A DNA stretch of 64,000 bases, from contig JBGAIN010000022.1 of the NCBI GenBank assembly GCA_044225505.1, positions 1 through 64,000 on the forward strand. The letters are read 5' to 3'. This DNA is from Limisphaerales bacterium (GTDB taxonomy: Bacteria > Verrucomicrobiota > Verrucomicrobiia > Limisphaerales > SIBE01). The notes under the pieces were generated by a model that was given only the letters and a program-made list of their open reading frames with translations, did no database searches and had not been told where the DNA came from. Numbering within the stretch: position 1 is the first letter of the stretch; every line of letters starts with the position of its first letter. The position numbers and the translations under genes are program-made. Below are positions 58,491 to 64,000 of the stretch, piece after piece.

Positions 58491-59865
58491 ACGACGGACT
58501 TGGACCTATGAACCGGCGCTTTGGAATTGGTCGAGGTCCAGCAACTTGGGTGGCGTGGAGTTGCTTGCTGGCCCTGAGTTTGTGCCACAGCACGAGGGCC
58601 GCGCTCAAGCTCCCGCCTGTCCGCCAGTCCGAACAGTTTACTGTGGTCGACGCGCGGACGGTGGCGAGCAGCTTTCCGGGTCGATTGAAGGGGCCGAACG
58701 GAGAAGAGTTGGTGCTCCTGGACGCGGATGTGCTGCTCTTATCGGCGGAACGGATTAAAGACAGTCTTTGGAAGGAACTTCACGCCTCGACAGACGGTGC
58801 GGGCAAGATCCGGCTGGCTCTTTATCCAGCGCTCAAAGGGAGGCAGGAGATCGCCTTGATTTCGAGCTTCTCGCCGTCGGGCTGGGATTATCGGCTCGAT
58901 GTGCCCGATCAGGTCTCGGAAACTACTTTGGCCAAAGGGTTGGTGCAGGCGCTGCTCTTGGAGTATGCCAATCGCGGGCAAGGGCCAAAGTCGGCCGATC
59001 TGCCGATGTGGTTGGTCGAGGGATTGACGTGGCACCTGGCGTCGGTTTCGAGGCAGGAGCTGATTGTCAGTTCGGTCCCGCTCGGCTCGATGTTCCGCGT
59101 CGTGCGTGAGCATAAAGGGATCGATCCGCTGCATTCGGTGCGGCAGACGCTCCGCGCGGCCCCGCTTGTTTCGTTTTCCGATTTGGCTTATCCCAAACCG
59201 GAGCGTGTAACGGGGGAAAATCTTAAAGTCTACGAGGCATCCGCTCAGTTGTTCGTTTACGAACTGCTGCACGCGAAAGATGGGGCTGCCAAACTGTTGC
59301 GCACCCTCCGGGAGCTGCCGACCTGCTGGAATTGGGAAACCGCGTTGCTCCGGGGATTCGCCGCGGATTTCCACCGCATTCTTGACGTGGAGAAGAAATG
59401 GTCCGTCGACCTGCTGGCTTTCACGGCCCGAGATCCGGCTCAGGTTTGGTCGAAGGTGGAATGTCTCAAGCAGTTGGACGAGATCTTATCGGTGCCAGCG
59501 CAGATTCGGCTGGCGTCAGATCGGTTGCCGGAGCGTCGGACGCTAACCTTGCAGGAAGTGCTTACCAAGTGGGAGCCCGCGGCGCAGACCTCGGTGCTTC
59601 GTCAGAAACTTGCGCTTCTTGAAGTCTTGCGATTCCACGCGACGCCCGACGTGGTGAACGTGGTGGAAGGGTATCATAAAACGTTGTTCGCGTATCTTCA
59701 AAAGAGGCAAACAGCGGCGCGGACCCTGAGACTCGGATGCAAACGACCCTGAGTTTGAGCATGATTGCCCAGGAGACGATTCGAGAGCTCGAACAGCTCG
59801 ATCGGCAACGGAGCGCCCTGTTGCCAGAATCGGTTGTTTCAGGTGCTTCCCCTATAACTCCCTAA
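58487..59865 (+). CDS. Secreted hypothetical protein with a probable 1-nt frameshift near 59710
   Basis: 421-aa ORF ('LPMWLVEGL', degenerate zincin-like) ends at 59752; frame +1 continues with 'SGADPETRMQ…IAQETIRELEQLDRQR…' to TAA 59865. Confidence 0.7.
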
Positions 59866-59901
59866 CGCAGAACCGCATCGGGTTTCACGGGGTGCCGTTC
59901 C

Positions 59902-59929
59902 TTGACAGCGGCGCTGCCCAAAATATAGT
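59902..59929 (+). promoter_or_regulatory. Sigma70-type promoter of kamA (TTGACA-16-TATAGT), probably leaderless
   Basis: Exact -35 and near-consensus -10, with 8 nt between the -10 and ATG 59938; no Shine-Dalgarno. Confidence 0.65.
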
Positions 59930-59937
59930 TCGGCGTC

Positions 59938-61176
59938 ATGTTAAACGACTCTTCTGCAGGTTCAAGCGAGGAGCCGCCATCATCAGGCCGGCTCCAATCC
60001 CTCAAACAATTCTTTTCCCCTGGGCGTGGGTTTTGGTCGGATGTGTCCGATCAGGAATGGAACGATTGGCGGTGGCAGTTGAAGCACCGTATCGTTTCGG
60101 TGAGCCAGTTGGAACGTTTAATGCCAACGTTGAGCCCGGAAGAAAGGGCTGGAACGGTGCTTGCCAACTCGAAACTGGCCTTAGCTATTACTCCTTACTT
60201 TTTTAACCTCATTGATCCGACCGACGAGAATTGCCCAATTCGGCGGCAAGTCATACCTCGGATCGAAGAGACTCAGACAGCGACTTGGGAAATGAGCGAT
60301 CCCTGCGGGGAGGACAGCCATTCTCCAGTCCCCGGTTTGGTCCACCGGTATCCAGATCGTGTTTTGTTCCTGGTGACCGACCGCTGCGCTGCTTATTGCC
60401 GCTATTGCACCCGATCCCGACTGGTGAGCAATGCGAGTGGTTATGACTTTCATCCTGAGTTCCAACGTCAAATCGAATACATCCGAAGGACACCGTCGAT
60501 TCGCGACGTGCTCTTAAGCGGCGGCGACCCGCTCCTGTTGAGCGACGACAAATTGGAACATTTGCTCCGCGAGCTCCGATCGATCCCCCATGTGGAGTTT
60601 CTCCGCATCGGATCGCGCATTCCGATCTTCCTGCCGCAGCGGATTACTCCAGCGCTGTGCGCCATGCTCAAGAAGTATCATCCGCTCTTTATGAGCGTGC
60701 ACTCGAATCATCCCCGTGAACTGACCATCGAAGTCCGGGAAGCGCTCGGCCGTTTGGCAGATTCGGGGATTCCGCTGGGGAATCAGTCGGTGTTGCTCCG
60801 GGACGTCAATGACGACGTCGTCGTGATGAAGGCGCTGGTGCAGAAGCTCCTGATCTGCCGGGTGCGGCCGTACTATGTTTACCAATGCGATTTGATCGCA
60901 GGCTCGGCCCATCTCCGCGCGAGCGTCCGTCAAGGGTTGAAAGTGATGGAAGGTTTGCGCGGTCACACCACAGGTTATGCGGTGCCGCAATATGTCATCG
61001 ATGCCCCCGGTGGCGGCGGCAAGGTGCCTGTCAATCCAGACTACGTGCTGAGCCGCAACGCCGATCGCGTTGTAATCCGAAACTTCGAAGGCAAGATTTT
61101 CGAATACCCAGAGGCGGTCGACGGGACTCCGCTCGTGGCGGCGCCGTCGCAGATCGAAGAGCCTGAGTTGGTATAG
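59938..61176 (+). CDS. kamA: KamA family radical SAM (lysine 2,3-aminomutase-like)
   Basis: 'WNDWRWQL', 'GLVHRYPDRVL', 'CAAYCRYCTR', 'LSGGDPL', 'GNQSVLL', PLP lysine motif 'PGGGGKVP'. Confidence 0.9.
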   Translation: MLNDSSAGSSEEPPSSGRLQSLKQFFSPGRGFWSDVSDQEWNDWRWQLKHRIVSVSQLERLMPTLSPEERAGTVLANSKLALAITPYFFNLIDPTDENCPIRRQVIPRIEETQTATWEMSDPCGEDSHSPVPGLVHRYPDRVLFLVTDRCAAYCRYCTRSRLVSNASGYDFHPEFQRQIEYIRRTPSIRDVLLSGGDPLLLSDDKLEHLLRELRSIPHVEFLRIGSRIPIFLPQRITPALCAMLKKYHPLFMSVHSNHPRELTIEVREALGRLADSGIPLGNQSVLLRDVNDDVVVMKALVQKLLICRVRPYYVYQCDLIAGSAHLRASVRQGLKVMEGLRGHTTGYAVPQYVIDAPGGGGKVPVNPDYVLSRNADRVVIRNFEGKIFEYPEAVDGTPLVAAPSQIEEPELV

Positions 61177-61210
61177 GCTGCGAGGAGCCGCCGCACTGCC
61201 ACGGGCCCCC

Positions 61211-61912
61211 ATGCCTCGAGAATCTCTTGCTCAGAAACGAGAGCGCACCGGCCGGATTGTCTCCGGCCTGCGACGTGCCTATCCCGAGGCGCATTGTGAG
61301 TTGGTGCACACCAGTCCGTTGGAGCTTTTGGTCGCGACGATCCTCTCAGCGCAGTCCACAGACAAACAAGTGAACGTGGTGACAGCGGATTTGTTTACCA
61401 AGTACCCATCCGCCCAGGCTTATGCCAACGCTGATCTAGAAGCGCTGCAACGCGACATCCAACGGCTCGGCTTCTTTCGTAACAAAGCCAAAAGCATCAA
61501 AGCGTGCGCCCAGGCGTTAGTGGCGCATCATGGCGGGGAAGTGCCACGCACCATTGAGGCGCTGACCGAGTTGGCCGGCGTAGGACGCAAAACCGCCAAT
61601 GTCGTGCTCGGAAACGCGTTTGGCATCAATTCGGGGATCGTGGTGGATACTCACGTGACGCGCTTGTCGCAGCGCCTTGGCCTGACCGGGCAGAGCGATC
61701 CTGTGAAGATAGAACAGGACTTGGTCCCACTCGTTCCGCAGCCTGACTGGACGCTGTTCAGTCATCTTCTCATTTGGCATGGGCGTCGCCGCTGTTTCGC
61801 GCGCAAGCCAGATTGCCCGAGTTGTGAAGTGCAAGTAGATTGTCCTTCGGCAGGCAAGGCCAACCGCGCTCCGAAGCAGGGGGTAAGCGCTGCGCCGTTG
61901 CGGACTGCCTGA
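61211..61912 (+). CDS. nth: Endonuclease III
   Basis: 'LVATILSAQSTD', HhH 'LAGVGRKTANVV', 'VDTHV', 4Fe-4S motif 'CFARKPDCPSCEVQVDC'. Confidence 0.96.
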   Translation: MPRESLAQKRERTGRIVSGLRRAYPEAHCELVHTSPLELLVATILSAQSTDKQVNVVTADLFTKYPSAQAYANADLEALQRDIQRLGFFRNKAKSIKACAQALVAHHGGEVPRTIEALTELAGVGRKTANVVLGNAFGINSGIVVDTHVTRLSQRLGLTGQSDPVKIEQDLVPLVPQPDWTLFSHLLIWHGRRRCFARKPDCPSCEVQVDCPSAGKANRAPKQGVSAAPLRTA

Positions 61913-61934
61913 GCTGGAGGGCGGATCGAGAGTC

Positions 61935-62621
61935 ATGGCGCAAACCTGGTTGGTTCTAAAATCTGACAGCAGTCCGGCAGCTTGGAATATGGCCGTCGAT
62001 GAGGCCTTGCTGGAGTTTGCTTCCCATGGCGCTGCGCCGCTCTTGCGGTTTTATGGCTGGACGGAACCGGCAGCGACGTTTGGTTACTCGCAGCACTACG
62101 CGGAAGTCGCGAGCTGGACTCAGTTGCGCCCGCTTGTTCGCCGCCCGACCGGCGGCGGGCTGGTGCCGCATGACGCCGATTGGACCTATAGTCTGATCGT
62201 CCCACCACAACATGCCTGGTATCGACAAAAGGCCGTCGACACCTATTGCCGAGTCCACCAATGGATTCAGCAATCGTTCCAGTCTTTAGGCGTGCGCACG
62301 ACCCTCGCCGCCTCACCGCACAAACCAGCCCCAGGCCAGTGCTTTATTGGAGCGGAACAGTTCGACCTGCTCCTCGCGGGTGCGAAGATTGCCGGCGCGG
62401 CGCAACGGCGCAACCGACAAGGGTTGCTCGTGCAAGGCTCGGTTCAGGCCGCCGCCAGCGGCTGCGAGCGCGCAGCTTGGGAAAACGCGATGCGCGTGGG
62501 CGGGCCGCCTGGCGAAGAGGTTCGCTGGGAAGAGTTCGCGTTGTCTCCGGAGCTGGTCGCGAGAGCCACCGCGCTGGCGGGGGAAAAGTACTCCCAGGCG
62601 ACCCATAACGAACGCCGGTGA
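61935..62621 (+). CDS. Lipoate-protein ligase/octanoyltransferase (LplA/LipM-like catalytic domain)
   Basis: 'NMAVDEALL', 'LRFYGW', 'VRRPTGGG.V.H', 'KIAGAAQRR'. Confidence 0.88.
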   Translation: MAQTWLVLKSDSSPAAWNMAVDEALLEFASHGAAPLLRFYGWTEPAATFGYSQHYAEVASWTQLRPLVRRPTGGGLVPHDADWTYSLIVPPQHAWYRQKAVDTYCRVHQWIQQSFQSLGVRTTLAASPHKPAPGQCFIGAEQFDLLLAGAKIAGAAQRRNRQGLLVQGSVQAAASGCERAAWENAMRVGGPPGEEVRWEEFALSPELVARATALAGEKYSQATHNERR

Positions 62622-62644
62622 TCGATTGGCAGGAGATCGCTGGC

Positions 62645-64000
62645 TTACTGGCGGAGGCGATAGTACTGATGCGCCTCGGATGGAGTGACGTTGAAAGGAC
62701 TCTGGCCCGCAATATCCGTCCACGGGCCGCTCGGCGCTTCCGCGGACTGCAATGTCATCCCTGGGCTGCTCCATTCCAAGATAAGAAGGCTTGCTGAATA
62801 GGAAACCTGCAGGGTGGCGTTCTTTGACACAGGCTCGATGCGGGTGAGTCCCATGCCAAAGGTGGTGTCGGCGCTCCTGGCATTGTAGTTGTGAACTTCG
62901 ACCGCGAGGACATTGTCGCCCACTTTGAGATTGCTCGCCAGGTTTGGGGGGATTTTGAACTCGTCCGCGCAGGTCGCGTCCCCATCGCATCCGAAGCTCG
63001 AAGCTAACGTCTCTGGACCCGCGTCTGCCGGCATGCGCAATCGATAAACTTCAACGCCATTGAGGTAAAAGATCGCGCCGTCATCCACGTAAGCGGAAAC
63101 CTGCAACGCCGTCCCGGCGACCAGGTTAGTTAATTGGAAGTGCGTCCGGAAGTAGTAAGTGATAAAGGGGAACCCAGTCGAAGGATCCGCTGGCAGCACG
63201 GTGTTCTTTGGCGTCACGGCAGCATTCGGACCGACCGCCCGGACATCGATCCAGAGCAAACCTGCACCCGGATCAGTCCAAGCCGAATCGTCGTAGGCAG
63301 GCATCGTCCAGTCTGCGCTTTGCATTTTAGCTGTGCTCGAGCGCCATTCCTGAGTCACGGCAAAAACTTCGGCGGAGGTGACGTAATTGGTCGTGGTGAA
63401 GAAGTAGGTCGGCGAGAACACCGGCGCACCGTTGGTGGACGCGACGATGCGGAAGTAGTAGCCAGTGTCTGGCGTCAACCCGGCCAGACGCGCCAAATGA
63501 TTTGTCACCAGGGACTCCGAGGGGCCTGTGCTCGCGCCCAGCGCCGCGGTCACGCCATACTGGACTTCGCTCGTGGCAGGAGCCTCGGTTGTCCAAGTGA
63601 TCTCAGCGGTGGTATCGCTCGGCTTGGCGACGACCTCATTGATAAAGCGGGCCAGCGGTTTGGCATACACTCCAAAGTGGCTGCCCACGGTCCGTTCCCG
63701 GCCGGAATCCGCGACGGCGCTCGATTGATTCAATCGCAACGGCACGCCGGTGCTGTCTTCAATCACCAGGGTGGTGGATCCTCCTCCGTCCATGTTCACG
63801 CCGTCGTAAGCGCCCAGCAACAAAAGCCACTCGGCGCTTTCATAGTCGTTGGCACCCTCGCTATATCCAGGTTGGCGGCCGTCAATAGCGACGACATACA
63901 AATACCGCCGATCTTGCGAAACTCCAAAAACAGTTCGTGGATCCACTTCGCGCGCGTTCGGCGAAACAACATTCTTGCCCGCAATCACCAAGGGATAATT
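62645..64000 (-). CDS. Phosphodiester glycosidase (NAGPA/DUF2233) family protein with FN3-like and beta-sandwich domains and C-terminal 'YYRLRQ' module; 5' end lies beyond the window
   Basis: 'PRTVFG…IDGRQPGYSEG…NMDGGGSTT…ERTVG', 'GLTPDTGYYFRI', 'DDGAIFYLNG.E..R'. Confidence 0.88.
   Translation of the reverse strand, partial: NYPLVIAGKNVVSPNAREVDPRTVFGVSQDRRYLYVVAIDGRQPGYSEGANDYESAEWLLLLGAYDGVNMDGGGSTTLVIEDSTGVPLRLNQSSAVADSGRERTVGSHFGVYAKPLARFINEVVAKPSDTTAEITWTTEAPATSEVQYGVTAALGASTGPSESLVTNHLARLAGLTPDTGYYFRIVASTNGAPVFSPTYFFTTTNYVTSAEVFAVTQEWRSSTAKMQSADWTMPAYDDSAWTDPGAGLLWIDVRAVGPNAAVTPKNTVLPADPSTGFPFITYYFRTHFQLTNLVAGTALQVSAYVDDGAIFYLNGVEVYRLRMPADAGPETLASSFGCDGDATCADEFKIPPNLASNLKVGDNVLAVEVHNYNARSADTTFGMGLTRIEPVSKNATLQVSYSASLLILEWSSPGMTLQSAEAPSGPWTDIAGQSPFNVTPSEAHQYYRLRQ

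Noticed and set aside
59938..61176. EpmB (EF-P beta-lysylation) assignment
   Set aside because: Length and the N-terminal 'WNDWRWQL' fit KamA-type enzymes, and no efp or epmA is adjacent.
63497..63510. Another GTCACC palindrome half-site (ATTTGTCACCA)
   Set aside because: It lies inside a CDS (LVTN codons) and has no symmetric partner.

Overview
This GC-rich bacterial window is most consistent with a Verrucomicrobiota (Pedosphaerales/Limisphaerales-like) chromosome. That is an inference from a PEP-CTERM protein, recurrent [FY][FY]R[LA]-ending C-terminal modules and intergenic hexamer repeats. It carries about 42 CDSs. Signalling genes are a PAS kinase-receiver-hybrid kinase cascade, a second giant hybrid kinase and a membrane kinase/LuxR pair. 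Repair genes are ogt, ada-alkA and nth. Secreted or surface proteins include a chagasin I42 inhibitor, a frameshifted beta-propeller/Ig adhesin followed by a PEP-CTERM protein, and LamG, CRTAC1/UnbV, CBM9-like, NAGPA-like and M28 proteins. Also present are a GH78 rhamnosidase split by an in-frame TAG, an ArsS radical SAM / fused TIGR04282-04283 glycosyltransferase / sterol-desaturase cluster opposite a B12 radical SAM, pnuC-nadR, an LpoB-COG3014-YcfL lipoprotein operon, kamA and a lipoate-ligase-like gene. No rRNA, tRNA, CRISPR array or transposase was seen. The least-explained signals are: (1) a shared ~60-75 aa C-terminal module on five unrelated secreted proteins plus a decayed sixth copy, a candidate sorting/secretion signal; (2) a REP/MITE-like element with 12-bp terminal inverted repeats, tied to a dispersed family of intergenic palindromes; (3) two ~11-bp-phased inverted repeat arrays. 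Clustered indels suggest local consensus errors, so the pseudogene calls are provisional. Family names come from motif recognition, not database searches.
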